Assembly (NCBI GenBank): GCA_028279745.1 | Contig: JANQNC010000001.1 | Coordinates: forward strand, 914,154 to 978,153 | Direction: 5' to 3' | Origin: Candidatus Nanoarchaeia archaeon | GTDB taxonomy: Archaea; Nanobdellota; Nanobdellia; Woesearchaeales; JANQNC01 | DNA length: 64,000 bases | Shown: in pieces, positions 38,572 through 48,008 of the stretch | Numbering within the stretch: position 1 is the first letter of the stretch | How the letters are laid out: every line of letters starts with the position of its first letter | Program-made: the position numbers and the translations under genes | Notes under the pieces: generated by a model | The model's input: the letters and a program-made list of their open reading frames with translations, nothing else | Database searches by the model: none | Told to the model about the DNA's origin: nothing

Positions 38572-38917
38572 TCATTGCAGCGCCAAAAGCAAATTGTATT
38601 GCAAGAATAACAAAAATCAATATAGCTGCAATAATAAATTGCAAGAACCAACTAAGGATAGCTTTCCACCAGGTAAGATCAAAAACACCTTTGTACAAGA
38701 ATATAACAAAAACAAATGAGATCAGTCCACCCCAAACAAAAAATATTTGGTTAACTATTGAAATAAAAACTGCAGATAAAATATTAACAACAATAACTTC
38801 TTTGAACTCAGTCTTACCTTTCAAAGCTTTAACTGCTAAAAAAAGTGGAATGCTAGAGATAGCAAAAACTATCACCAATAACAATATTTTGATCAATGCA
38901 CTTACTATCCAAACCAT
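38564..38917 (-). CDS. Hypothetical polytopic membrane protein
   Basis: ORF, 3-4 hydrophobic helices. Confidence 0.35.
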   Translation of the reverse strand: MVWIVSALIKILLLVIVFAISSIPLFLAVKALKGKTEFKEVIVVNILSAVFISIVNQIFFVWGGLISFVFVIFLYKGVFDLTWWKAILSWFLQFIIAAILIFVILAIQFAFGAAMTI

Positions 38918-38966
38918 AACCCTCTATTATACTAATCTATATATAAAATTAACCCCCTAAACCAGC

Positions 38967-38980
38967 AACCTTTAAAAATG
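38967..38980 (+). promoter_or_regulatory. Archaeal BRE/TATA-like element AACCTTTAAAAAT upstream of first pilin-like gene
   Basis: TATA-like box ~45 nt upstream of ATG 39016, GAGGTGGG RBS before start; near-identical AACCTTTAAATAC at 44621-44634. Confidence 0.45.
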
Positions 38981-39015
38981 CTTGAACAGAATATACTATA
39001 TAAAAGAGGTGGGAC

Positions 39016-39420
39016 ATGAGAAAAGGCCAAGTTGCCATGGAATACGTGATGATAGTTGGGTTTGCAACCCTGATAGCAATACCATTATTCCTAATATTCA
39101 ACTTTTATACATTAGAAACAAGAGACGAAGTTATATTGAGCCAAGCAGACAGCATAGCAACAAAAATAGTTGACTCTGCCGAATCAGTTTATTACATTGG
39201 AGAACCATCCAAAATAACTCTTAAGATCTATATGCCAGTGGGTGTAGAAAATATTACAATACAAGATGGATATGTTGTTTTAAGAGCAAGCACGAAAGGA
39301 TTATCGACAGACATAGTAAAATCATCTGACGTAAATATCACAGGAACGTTAAACATAGTGCCTGGAATGAAGAACATAAACATAGAAGCGAGAGGTGACT
39401 ATGTTTGGGTAGAAGGTTAA
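39016..39420 (+). CDS. Class III signal-peptide (type IV pilin-like) protein
   Basis: N-terminus MRKGQVAMEYVMIVGFATLIAIPLFL = archaeal prepilin-type signal (KGQ + hydrophobic helix). Confidence 0.65.
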   Translation: MRKGQVAMEYVMIVGFATLIAIPLFLIFNFYTLETRDEVILSQADSIATKIVDSAESVYYIGEPSKITLKIYMPVGVENITIQDGYVVLRASTKGLSTDIVKSSDVNITGTLNIVPGMKNINIEARGDYVWVEG

Positions 39421-39797
39421 AAGCACAGACATCAACAGAGTTTGTTCTGTTCATAAGCGTAGTATTCTTAGTGACTTTGATAGTATTATCATCTATTCTA
39501 TATTACTTAAGAGAGTACACTTCAGAAAAAGAGTATAACGTACTAAAAAAACAGGCAGAAGTAATAAAAAACGAATTATACCTTGCATCAACAGTAGAAA
39601 ATGGGTATTTGAGAATGTTCCAGATAAAATCTCCACAAGACGACATAGTCTTTAACTTTACACAAGAAAACAATTCATTAATACTGACTTCAAGACGTCA
39701 GCAATTCATAGCAGATCTGGGCGTTAAGATAAACGGAACATTAGTGATGGGAAATAACACAATAAGAAACATAGAAGGTGCAGTCCATGTCAACTAA
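39405..39797 (+). CDS. Class III signal-peptide pilin-like protein
   Basis: MGRRLKAQTSTEFVLFISVVFLVTLIVL; overlaps upstream gene. Confidence 0.5.
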   Translation: MGRRLKAQTSTEFVLFISVVFLVTLIVLSSILYYLREYTSEKEYNVLKKQAEVIKNELYLASTVENGYLRMFQIKSPQDDIVFNFTQENNSLILTSRRQQFIADLGVKINGTLVMGNNTIRNIEGAVHVN

Positions 39798-40875
39798 AAA
39801 CAAGAAAGCACAAGTATGGACAACAGACTTTTCACTTAGCCTTTTGGTGTTTGTGATAGCAATAGTACTTTTCGGCAGAGCAATAACAAATCTTTCATCG
39901 TCAACAGGAGAAAACATAGACGACTTAGTGAGTGAAGGAAGATTAGTGACAGATTCTTTAACATCGGAAGGGTACCCTTCAAACTGGACCGTTGCAAACG
40001 TAAAACGAGTTGGGTTGATGGGGCAAGGCAAATTGTTGGAGAATGACAAATTACAGAACATGCTCAATATGACTTACCAAGATGCGCGAGAGATATTAGG
40101 GACAAAGTATGATTATTTCTTATTCTTCATAGACGAAAAAGGAGAACTAGTAAACGTATCAGAAAACTTGGGTGTGGGACATCCTAATGTGTACGCGATA
40201 GGATCAAGAAAAGACACAAATACCATAGCATACTACCAAAAAGAAAACTTGCTTCTAGATGAGATGCAAGAGCTTAATGCAACAGTATTTACAGGAGGAT
40301 CAAAATCACAGTTCATAGGCAACATAACAAACTATGAGGTTCTAGTGATGGAAGATCCACACTTTTCAGACATAGAGATAGACGTGGTTGAAGAGTATGT
40401 TTTAGAGGGGGGCAAACTAATAATCACAGAACACATAACAGACACAAGCGGAACATACTTTGGAGTGAATTTTGTACATAGGAGCATGAACGCAGGAAAC
40501 GAGCTGGCAACAGTGATAAGCGCAGATTCAAATATGCCTTTCTCAATAGGTGAAACATACACGCCAAGAGAGTATCCTTATATAGATGCTGCACATATAG
40601 ACAAGATAGCAACATACCCTGATGGAAAAGTGGCGATGGCAACCTTCGGATATGGAAGCGGGAAAGTTTATTATCTAAGCGATTCAGATAATCCAGACTA
40701 TTTAGGAGATTTTGAAGAAGAGATAAAAACAGCAACAACAAATTTTTTACTTGAAGAAAGACCAGAAAATTATGTAGAATTAAACCAGATACAATATAAC
40801 AAACTAGTCACGATAACAAGACTTATAGTCATGAATGGAAAAGTAACAAGGATGGTGCTATACATATGGGACTAA
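39778..40875 (+). CDS. Large class III signal-peptide pilin-like protein
   Basis: KKAQVWTTDFSLSLLVFVIAIVLF N-terminus; 365 aa; overlaps neighbours. Confidence 0.5.
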   Translation: MQSMSTKNKKAQVWTTDFSLSLLVFVIAIVLFGRAITNLSSSTGENIDDLVSEGRLVTDSLTSEGYPSNWTVANVKRVGLMGQGKLLENDKLQNMLNMTYQDAREILGTKYDYFLFFIDEKGELVNVSENLGVGHPNVYAIGSRKDTNTIAYYQKENLLLDEMQELNATVFTGGSKSQFIGNITNYEVLVMEDPHFSDIEIDVVEEYVLEGGKLIITEHITDTSGTYFGVNFVHRSMNAGNELATVISADSNMPFSIGETYTPREYPYIDAAHIDKIATYPDGKVAMATFGYGSGKVYYLSDSDNPDYLGDFEEEIKTATTNFLLEERPENYVELNQIQYNKLVTITRLIVMNGKVTRMVLYIWD

Positions 40876-43589
40876 AGAAAGGATACTATTTCAGCGTTGA
40901 TGCCATACTTGGATTAAGTATAGTGTTGGTTGGGATACTTATCATGGGATCTTTTTATTCAAACCAGCAGGAGACAACCCACTTAACATATGTTGCAGAC
41001 GATCTAATAGAGGTTTTATCTACTGTACAGATAAGTGATGTGAACAACACATATGTACAAGAACTTATCGCAACAGGCCATATAACAAACACAAATAGTT
41101 CTTTACTGGAACAAATAACAAAACTTTGGGTGGAAGGAAAACATACAAGAGCAAGCGAGATGGCTCGAAACATAACCGAACAGATAATTCCTGACAACAT
41201 CATGTTTAGCATACTTGTGGATGGAGGTGTAGTCTATGAGAGAACAAACACAAGCTCAAACGTACTTGTACTGAGTAAAGAGCTAGTCTCAGGAATGGAA
41301 ACAGGAAAAGCACCAAAAGGATCAACCGCAAGAATGTATCTTACAGGAATAAAATCAAAAGAGACAAACGCTTACGTATACTTTGGCGGATTTACAGGAC
41401 AAGGAAACGTGACAATGTCCATAACAGACTTACCAAGTGATGCAAACATAACTGAGATGGAAATAGAAGGTGACTTTGGAGCAAGTTTCTGGCTGGAAAT
41501 AAATGAACAGTTATGTGGAAGTTTTGTACCTGTTGCTGGAGAGCTAGCGGCAGATGCGTGGGACATAACAAGTTGTAACAATCTAGTTGATGTGGGCAGC
41601 AATGTACAAAATAATTTTTCAATATCTTTTACGGGAGAGATGGAGGAGAAATATATAGGTGGTGGTTTCATAAGGATGAAATACACAACCGAAACACTAT
41701 ACGAAAATAAGACCTTAGGAAATCAAAAAATTTATCTTCCTGGGATAGACGGAATCATAAACTTATTCTCGGGGATAAACATCCCCGGAACATTAAACCA
41801 GATGAACTTACACTTACATTATTTCTCAAACCACTCAGACTTTTCAGTACCTTTATTCTTCTCATTTGGAGACGTGCAAGTCTATAACGACACAAACAGC
41901 ACAACACCACAAACAATAGACATAGATGATGCACAACTTTCATCTTTGCTTGACTATGGTGAATTAAGCAACACCACAGTACCGATAAGGTTTGGGTTTT
42001 CAAATGTAAGTTACTTGACAGAGTTTGTAGGATTAGCAGATGTAATGTTAGTAAGTGACTTATCAGGAAGCATGGAATTCTGTATGAATAGAAATGACGG
42101 CTATGAAACAGACTGGGTATGGACAAACTTTAACTTCCCAGATCAATCAGGAGCGGCAGCGTGCGGAAGAAAATGGGAGAGGGACGGTAATTGTCCAAGC
42201 AATGCCCCAAGAAGGATAGACGTAGCAAAAAATGCAAGCAAAGCATTTGTAGAAGCATTATTTAACACAACAGGAAACAGGATAGGCACAGCAGAATATT
42301 CTGCATTTTACTCATCAGGAACTTATGTACAACAACCCTGCGGAACAAATATACAAGAATTCCCTGGAGGGATAGTAACACAAGAAAGTCTAACAACAGA
42401 TCAAATAGTCTTAGAAAACCACATAGATGACATGGCAGTATGGTATGGAACTTGCATATGCTGTGGAGTAAATAGAGGTATGCAAGTATTACAAGCAAAC
42501 AGCAACGCATCAAGAATAGGATCCATAGTTGTAATGACTGATGGAGATGCAAACCAAGAATGCCCTGAACAAGGTAACACAGGAGATCTGGATGGAGATG
42601 GAAGTTCAGATACAGCAAGAGATGATGCAGTGCAAGCAGCACTTGATGCCTGTGCTTTGAACTATTCAGTATACACAGTTGGATTTGGTCCAGGAGCATA
42701 CAACGGGACAATGATCGCGATGGCATGTAATGGAGGAAGTTACTATTCTGCATCAGACATGGACACACTTATAGATGCATACACTGCAATAGCAAACCAG
42801 ATAAGAGTTGCAACAATGCAAGCGCAAACGATAGTTGTGTCTGGAAACAATATAACATCATCACAAATATATCCCGATTCTTACATAGAAATAAACTACA
42901 CTCCAACATATAATCCAGTAGAGTTTGGAGAGATATCTGTAACTTTACAATCAGACCAATTTCCAAACTGTTCAGGAAGCTGGTATATCTCTGATGATCT
43001 TACTATAGTAGACTCAAGCGCCACTTCATATTCAGCACAGCACTGGACAGACCTTGTAAGAGTAAACAACCAAACAAGCTTTAATCTGAGCTATTTCGGA
43101 ACAGACTATACTTCGTTAGGAGATCCTTATCTAGCATATGTCAAGCCAGAAAGTTTCATAACAGGGATTAATAATATCACAATAGTGTCTGCAGATGAGA
43201 TAGCAAACGATACTTTCTGTTCAACAAACAACTCATTGATATATACTGCAATGGCAAAATCTTCAGTCTCATACGGAACAGTATTGGAAAGAGAGGAAGG
43301 TTGTAATTGGTTTGTAGAGTTTGAAGATGGAGGCAATGCAACATTAGCAGTGCCGCAAGGATATGCAGGAAATAAAACTTGCAGTTACACCGGATCTTCG
43401 ATAAGTTATGATACAGATGATTCATATGATGATGCGATGTACAGATTGTTAGAAGGGCTGGATTTTGATGATGATGGAAGAACATACTTTAATTTTGATC
43501 AAAGCGATATAGGGTTTAATGTAATTACGATTTCAGAAGTACCTTACATGTGGGGGCCGACAGGGGTCGAGGTGAGAACATGGCAATGA
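40866..43589 (+). CDS. Pilus-associated giant protein with von Willebrand factor A domain (candidate tip adhesin)
   Basis: Prepilin-like N-terminus GLKKGYYFSVDAILGLSIVLVGILI; MIDAS DVMLVSDLSGSME and downstream VVMTDGDANQ vWA motifs; 907 aa. Confidence 0.65.
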   Translation: MGLKKGYYFSVDAILGLSIVLVGILIMGSFYSNQQETTHLTYVADDLIEVLSTVQISDVNNTYVQELIATGHITNTNSSLLEQITKLWVEGKHTRASEMARNITEQIIPDNIMFSILVDGGVVYERTNTSSNVLVLSKELVSGMETGKAPKGSTARMYLTGIKSKETNAYVYFGGFTGQGNVTMSITDLPSDANITEMEIEGDFGASFWLEINEQLCGSFVPVAGELAADAWDITSCNNLVDVGSNVQNNFSISFTGEMEEKYIGGGFIRMKYTTETLYENKTLGNQKIYLPGIDGIINLFSGINIPGTLNQMNLHLHYFSNHSDFSVPLFFSFGDVQVYNDTNSTTPQTIDIDDAQLSSLLDYGELSNTTVPIRFGFSNVSYLTEFVGLADVMLVSDLSGSMEFCMNRNDGYETDWVWTNFNFPDQSGAAACGRKWERDGNCPSNAPRRIDVAKNASKAFVEALFNTTGNRIGTAEYSAFYSSGTYVQQPCGTNIQEFPGGIVTQESLTTDQIVLENHIDDMAVWYGTCICCGVNRGMQVLQANSNASRIGSIVVMTDGDANQECPEQGNTGDLDGDGSSDTARDDAVQAALDACALNYSVYTVGFGPGAYNGTMIAMACNGGSYYSASDMDTLIDAYTAIANQIRVATMQAQTIVVSGNNITSSQIYPDSYIEINYTPTYNPVEFGEISVTLQSDQFPNCSGSWYISDDLTIVDSSATSYSAQHWTDLVRVNNQTSFNLSYFGTDYTSLGDPYLAYVKPESFITGINNITIVSADEIANDTFCSTNNSLIYTAMAKSSVSYGTVLEREEGCNWFVEFEDGGNATLAVPQGYAGNKTCSYTGSSISYDTDDSYDDAMYRLLEGLDFDDDGRTYFNFDQSDIGFNVITISEVPYMWGPTGVEVRTWQ

Positions 43590-44518
43590 TGAATAGGAAA
43601 GCGGTGTTCTATACAGTAGTTGGAGTTATAATGGTTTTTACACTTCTACTTTTATTCATTGTTTATGAAAAAGAACCCTCTATAGATAAGACATCAGTAA
43701 TATTGACAAGAGTAAAAACAACAAATAACTTTTTAGAAAACATAAATAGAGATCTTGAAAGAGCATTGCAGATATCAAGCATGAGGGCATCACTATCTTT
43801 GTTAGAACATATAACAACAACTGGAGATTTTGTAGACGATTCAAAAGCAAGGTATGAAGAAGCGATAGTTGATGGAACTGTAAATGGAAACCAGATGATT
43901 TTGATGGAGAATACAACATTCGTAGATTGGATTAATAAAATAGAATCCGAAGCAAATAGAATTGGGGTGATGACAAACATAACTCTGATTGTTGTAAGTG
44001 TATACCAAGAAGATCCTTGGCATGTAAAGAGCACAGCAAACATAACTATGCGAGTAAGAGATTCAAAAGACACTGCAGAATGGACACAGACAAAACAGAT
44101 GCAGACAAAAATACCTATTGTTGGGTTAGAGGATCCTCTTTACTTAGTCAATACTTATGGGAGAGTGGCGAACATAATTAATGTAACCCCTTATGAAGGA
44201 GATTATGTTCAAGGAAGCAATGTTGCAAACTTAACAATACATCTTAACAGTTCACTTTATACAAACTCAACGTTAGCACCATCTTTCTTAATGAGATTAG
44301 AAAACGATTTAGGAAGTTCACCTTTTGGGATAGAGAGCATGGTAAACTTAAACAAGTTAGAAGAACAAGGGATCACAACTAAAAACAGAAGTAACATAGA
44401 CTATATCTACTTTGGATTTGGTTCCACAACAAACTATAAAGTGACTGGATTACCGACGTGGTTCCATATAGATGATGGCCATGTCAATAGATATCAAGTT
44501 CAGAATCTAACATACTAA
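43580..44518 (+). CDS. Class III signal-peptide pilin-like protein
   Basis: MAMMNRKAVFYTVVGVIMVFTLLLLFIV; ATG 43580 after GGTGA; ATGA overlap with upstream stop. Confidence 0.45.
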   Translation: MAMMNRKAVFYTVVGVIMVFTLLLLFIVYEKEPSIDKTSVILTRVKTTNNFLENINRDLERALQISSMRASLSLLEHITTTGDFVDDSKARYEEAIVDGTVNGNQMILMENTTFVDWINKIESEANRIGVMTNITLIVVSVYQEDPWHVKSTANITMRVRDSKDTAEWTQTKQMQTKIPIVGLEDPLYLVNTYGRVANIINVTPYEGDYVQGSNVANLTIHLNSSLYTNSTLAPSFLMRLENDLGSSPFGIESMVNLNKLEEQGITTKNRSNIDYIYFGFGSTTNYKVTGLPTWFHIDDGHVNRYQVQNLTY

Positions 44519-44624
44519 CTTTAATTTTTTTGTAAATTGATTTTTTCTATTAAGAAAAAATAATTTTTTTATGAAAAAATAGTTTTTTAATTAGTGACGG
44601 AAGAAACACTAATTTTTCGAAACC

Positions 44625-44632
44625 TTTAAATA
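44625..44632 (+). promoter_or_regulatory. TATA-like box (within AACCTTTAAATAC) upstream of Lys/Ala-repeat gene
   Basis: ~60 nt upstream of ATG 44693; GAGGTGA RBS at 44681-44687. Confidence 0.45.
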
Positions 44633-44692
44633 CTCAAAACTCCAAAATTAGAGTTGTGTTAAAACTAACACAAAAAACATGAGGTGATATTC

Positions 44693-44932
44693 ATGGCAGC
44701 AAAGAAGAAAAAAAAAGCAGCTAAGAAAAAGAAAAAAGTTGTAAAAAAGAAAAAGGCTAAAAAGAAAGCTAAGAAAAAAGCTAAAAAGAAAAAAGCAGTG
44801 AAGAAGAAAGCTAAAAAGAAAGCAAAGAAGAAAAAGGCTAAAAAGAAAAAAGCTAAGAAAAAGAAAGCTAAGAAAAAAGCTAAAAAGAAAAAGGCTAAAA
44901 AGAAAAAAGCTAAGAAAAAGAAAAAAAGATAG
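44693..44932 (+). CDS. Highly basic Lys/Ala-repeat mini-protein (79 aa, >65% Lys), histone-H1/Hc1-tail-like
   Basis: MAAKKKKKAAKKKKKVVKKKKAKKKAKKK…; ATG with SD, upstream TATA, downstream hairpin terminator; opposite-strand frame would encode poly-Phe, implausible. Confidence 0.45.
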   Translation: MAAKKKKKAAKKKKKVVKKKKAKKKAKKKAKKKKAVKKKAKKKAKKKKAKKKKAKKKKAKKKAKKKKAKKKKAKKKKKR

Positions 44933-44948
44933 TTAATTAATTTATAGT

Positions 44949-44980
44949 TTGCCTGTAAAACAGGCAAGCTTCCTTTTTTC
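44949..44980 (+). terminator. Hairpin plus T-run terminator-like element
   Basis: TTGCCTG-taaaa-CAGGCAA followed by gcttccTTTTTTc. Confidence 0.5.
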
Positions 44981-45049
44981 TAAAAATTTTACATACACTT
45001 ATTCTAAACAAAAAGGTTTTTAAACCCAAATCCCATAATTAGCATTAAA

Positions 45050-45718
45050 ATGATCGAAACAGGTGTAGATAGACTTATAAGCTTAGTAAACGAGAAAAAA
45101 AAGATTTCTTTTAAGGATGCAGCAAAGGAATTGGCAGTAGATATATCTACAGTAAAAGAATGGTCAAGCATAATGGGTGACGAGGACAACGTCATCATAG
45201 AGTATAAGTTCACAACACCTTTCTTAGTCATGAAAGGAGAAACAAAGAAGTCAAAAGCGCCAAAAAATCAGAAGATAGACAAGCTTCACAAAGAAAAAGA
45301 AGAACAGATAAAAAAAGTTGAAGAAAGTATAGGCTCATTAAACGAACATCAAACAGGCATAGAACAAGCAAAAGAAAGGATAAGCGGGATAAAAGATGAT
45401 CTTGCAAAGCATTCAAGCGAGCTTCAAAAACAAATTTCAGGACTTGTAGGTGGAAAAGAAGAAGTTAATCCTGAAAAACTAAAAAAGTTCATTATGCAAA
45501 GGATAAACGCGATAAACAAAAAACTGATAGAAGAAGAACAAAAATATGAAGACTTTGCAAACAAAGTAAAAAAAGAGACAGACACACTTAACGATTCATT
45601 TAAGAATATGGCAACACATCTAAAAAAAACTGCAGACTGGATAAACTACTTCAAAGAACATGATGCTGAACAAGAGAAAAGAATAAAAGAACTTGAAAAA
45701 GGTGCAAAGAAAAAATGA
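45050..45718 (+). CDS. Coiled-coil protein with N-terminal wHTH-like segment, translationally coupled to pilus ATPase
   Basis: Lys/Glu-rich heptad-like region; stop overlaps ATPase start (ATGA). Confidence 0.5.
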   Translation: MIETGVDRLISLVNEKKKISFKDAAKELAVDISTVKEWSSIMGDEDNVIIEYKFTTPFLVMKGETKKSKAPKNQKIDKLHKEKEEQIKKVEESIGSLNEHQTGIEQAKERISGIKDDLAKHSSELQKQISGLVGGKEEVNPEKLKKFIMQRINAINKKLIEEEQKYEDFANKVKKETDTLNDSFKNMATHLKKTADWINYFKEHDAEQEKRIKELEKGAKKK

Positions 45719-47148
45719 AGCTTGTAGATGAATATAACTTCACATCAGATAAGGTGCCTGTTAAAGTACAGATAGTTCTGCAAGATGGAGAATATGTGCC
45801 ATTGTATGTTGCATCAGTGATGGACATATCCAAAAGTGCAGAAAGAGTTCTTGAAAGAGTAAGAGAAGAAACAATCAACGAAGTAAAAATAGACATGGCC
45901 GATTTAGGGGATGTCAAAAAAAGAGATATAATAAGGCAAAAGTTTGAAGAAAAAACAAAAGAGTTGATCACAAAATACTTTCCAGACGCATCAAAAGATC
46001 TAGTTGAATTCTTTACATCATTCTTGATACAAAAGAGTATGGGGTTAGGAGACATAGATCTTCTAAAAAATGACGATCTTCTGGAAGAGATAACTGTAAA
46101 TGGATCTGCAGAACCGGTTTGGGTATACCACAGAAAACACGGGTGGTTAAAGACAAATATTTTACTGCCATCAGAACAACACATCAACCACATATCAACA
46201 ACAATAGGAAGAGACATAGGAAGACAGATAAATGTTTTAGAACCATTAATGGACGCAAGCTTAGACACGGGGGACAGGGTTAACGCAACATTGATGCCCA
46301 TCTCAAACAGAGGAAACACAATAACAATAAGGAAATTCTCAAAAACTCCCTGGACAATAGCAAACATAATCAAAGCAGGAACAATATCATCACAAGGAGC
46401 AGCACTAGTCTGGTTAGGGATGCAGTATGAACTATCAGCACTAATAGCAGGAGGAACGGGGTCAGGAAAGACAAGTATGATGAATGCATTATCAAACTTT
46501 TTCCCTCCAAACCAAAGGATACTAAGTATAGAAGATACAAGAGAGCTAACTTTGCCGGACATTCTACACTGGGTGCCAATGATGACCAGGTTACCCAATG
46601 CAGAAGGAAAAGGGGAGGTAACTATGCTTGATCTATTAGTGAATTCATTGAGGATGAGACCCGACAGGATACTGGTGGGAGAGATAAGAAGACAGAAAGA
46701 AGCAGAAGTACTTTTTGAAGCTATCCACACAGGACACTCAGTATACGCAACAATACACGCAAACGACGCAAGAGAAACAATATCAAGACTTACAAACCCA
46801 CCAATAGAAGTTCCAAAGATGATGCTTCCAGCGCTAAGCATGATAGTGGTACAGCACAGAAACAGGAGAACTGGTGGAAGAAGAACTTTCCAAATAGCAG
46901 AAGTAACAAAAGAAGGAGATCCGAATGTATTACAACAACTTGATCTAAAAACTGATAAATTATATCAGAAAAACAAATCACAGTCCATACTAGACACTTT
47001 AACAATGCACATAGGAATAACCGAGCAAGAGATGCTCCAAGACATGAAAGAAAAAGAAGGCATACTGAAGTGGTTAGTCAAAGAAAACATAATGGACGTA
47101 CATAAAATAGGAAGGATAATAGCAGACTATTATCAGAAACATAGTTAA
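45715..47148 (+). CDS. Type IV pilus/archaellum-family assembly ATPase (FlaI/TadA/GspE-like, VirB11 superfamily)
   Basis: Walker A GGTGSGKTS, Asp box, Walker B ILVGEIR, His box; 477 aa. Confidence 0.9.
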   Translation: MKLVDEYNFTSDKVPVKVQIVLQDGEYVPLYVASVMDISKSAERVLERVREETINEVKIDMADLGDVKKRDIIRQKFEEKTKELITKYFPDASKDLVEFFTSFLIQKSMGLGDIDLLKNDDLLEEITVNGSAEPVWVYHRKHGWLKTNILLPSEQHINHISTTIGRDIGRQINVLEPLMDASLDTGDRVNATLMPISNRGNTITIRKFSKTPWTIANIIKAGTISSQGAALVWLGMQYELSALIAGGTGSGKTSMMNALSNFFPPNQRILSIEDTRELTLPDILHWVPMMTRLPNAEGKGEVTMLDLLVNSLRMRPDRILVGEIRRQKEAEVLFEAIHTGHSVYATIHANDARETISRLTNPPIEVPKMMLPALSMIVVQHRNRRTGGRRTFQIAEVTKEGDPNVLQQLDLKTDKLYQKNKSQSILDTLTMHIGITEQEMLQDMKEKEGILKWLVKENIMDVHKIGRIIADYYQKHS

Positions 47149-47188
47149 GTTTCAATCATTAAGTCAAAAAAAGGGGTGAAGGTAAAGG

Positions 47189-48007
47189 ATGTTTATAGAT
47201 GATATTTCTGAAAGAATTTCAAAGTCTTTACCTGAGCTAAAAACAGTTCTGAAACAAGCAGGACTTAAAGGGGAACCGCAACTGTTTGTAAAAAAAACAT
47301 TAGTGTCAGCAATCTATATGTCAGTTGGAGTAAACATACTGTTCTTATTTGCATTCCTTAAATTGGGAATTTCACCATTATTCCTTCTGATATCATTATT
47401 GATAATAACCCCAATAATGTTTGCATACTTGATAAAGACACCAGTAGTATACATACAAAAGAGAAGAAAAGAAATCAATAAAGAGATAATATTTGCAGGC
47501 AGAGCATTATTGATAGAACTAGACTCAGGAATATCTTTATTTAACTCACTAGTAAGCATATCAAGAGGTTATGGGTTAGTTGGTGAGGAGTTCAAAAAAA
47601 TAGTAACACAAATCAAGATGGGAACTCACATAGAAGATGCAATAGATAAAGTAATAGAAACCACCCCTTCTGATAATCTAAGAAGATTATTATGGCAAAT
47701 ACTTAACTCACTAAAAACCGGATCAAACGTAGCAAGATCAATAGAAGAAGTACTAGAACAAATAGCAAAAGAACAGATCATAGAAGTAGAAGCATATGGA
47801 AAAAAACTGAATCCTCTGGCGATGTTTTACATGATGATGGCAGTAATAGTTCCATCCTTAGGAATAACAATGTTAGTAGTATTAGCAAGCCTGATCTCAT
47901 TTAACATGACCTTGCCGATGTTGATCGGGTTAGCAGTATTTGTAGGATTATTCCAAGCGATGTTTATCGTGATGATAAAATCAATGAGGCCAGCAATAGA
48001 GCTATAA
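47189..48007 (+). CDS. TadC/FlaJ-like polytopic membrane protein (T2SS-F domain) 1
   Basis: Size/topology and position immediately after secretion ATPase; AGGGGTGAAGG RBS. Confidence 0.7.
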   Translation: MFIDDISERISKSLPELKTVLKQAGLKGEPQLFVKKTLVSAIYMSVGVNILFLFAFLKLGISPLFLLISLLIITPIMFAYLIKTPVVYIQKRRKEINKEIIFAGRALLIELDSGISLFNSLVSISRGYGLVGEEFKKIVTQIKMGTHIEDAIDKVIETTPSDNLRRLLWQILNSLKTGSNVARSIEEVLEQIAKEQIIEVEAYGKKLNPLAMFYMMMAVIVPSLGITMLVVLASLISFNMTLPMLIGLAVFVGLFQAMFIVMIKSMRPAIEL

Positions 48008-48008
48008 G

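Noticed and set aside
44696-44925. Tandem nucleotide repeat considered as a possible CRISPR array or satellite
   Set aside because: Repeat units are irregular 9-21 nt codon-level repeats (AAGAAAGCTAAG…) without unique spacers. This is coding low-complexity, not CRISPR.
44665-44967. Minus-strand ORF encoding a poly-Phe/Ala/Leu protein (FFLAFFF…)
   Set aside because: It is the antisense of the Lys/Ala repeat. The plus-strand frame has an ATG, SD, TATA and terminator, and a poly-Phe protein is not plausible.
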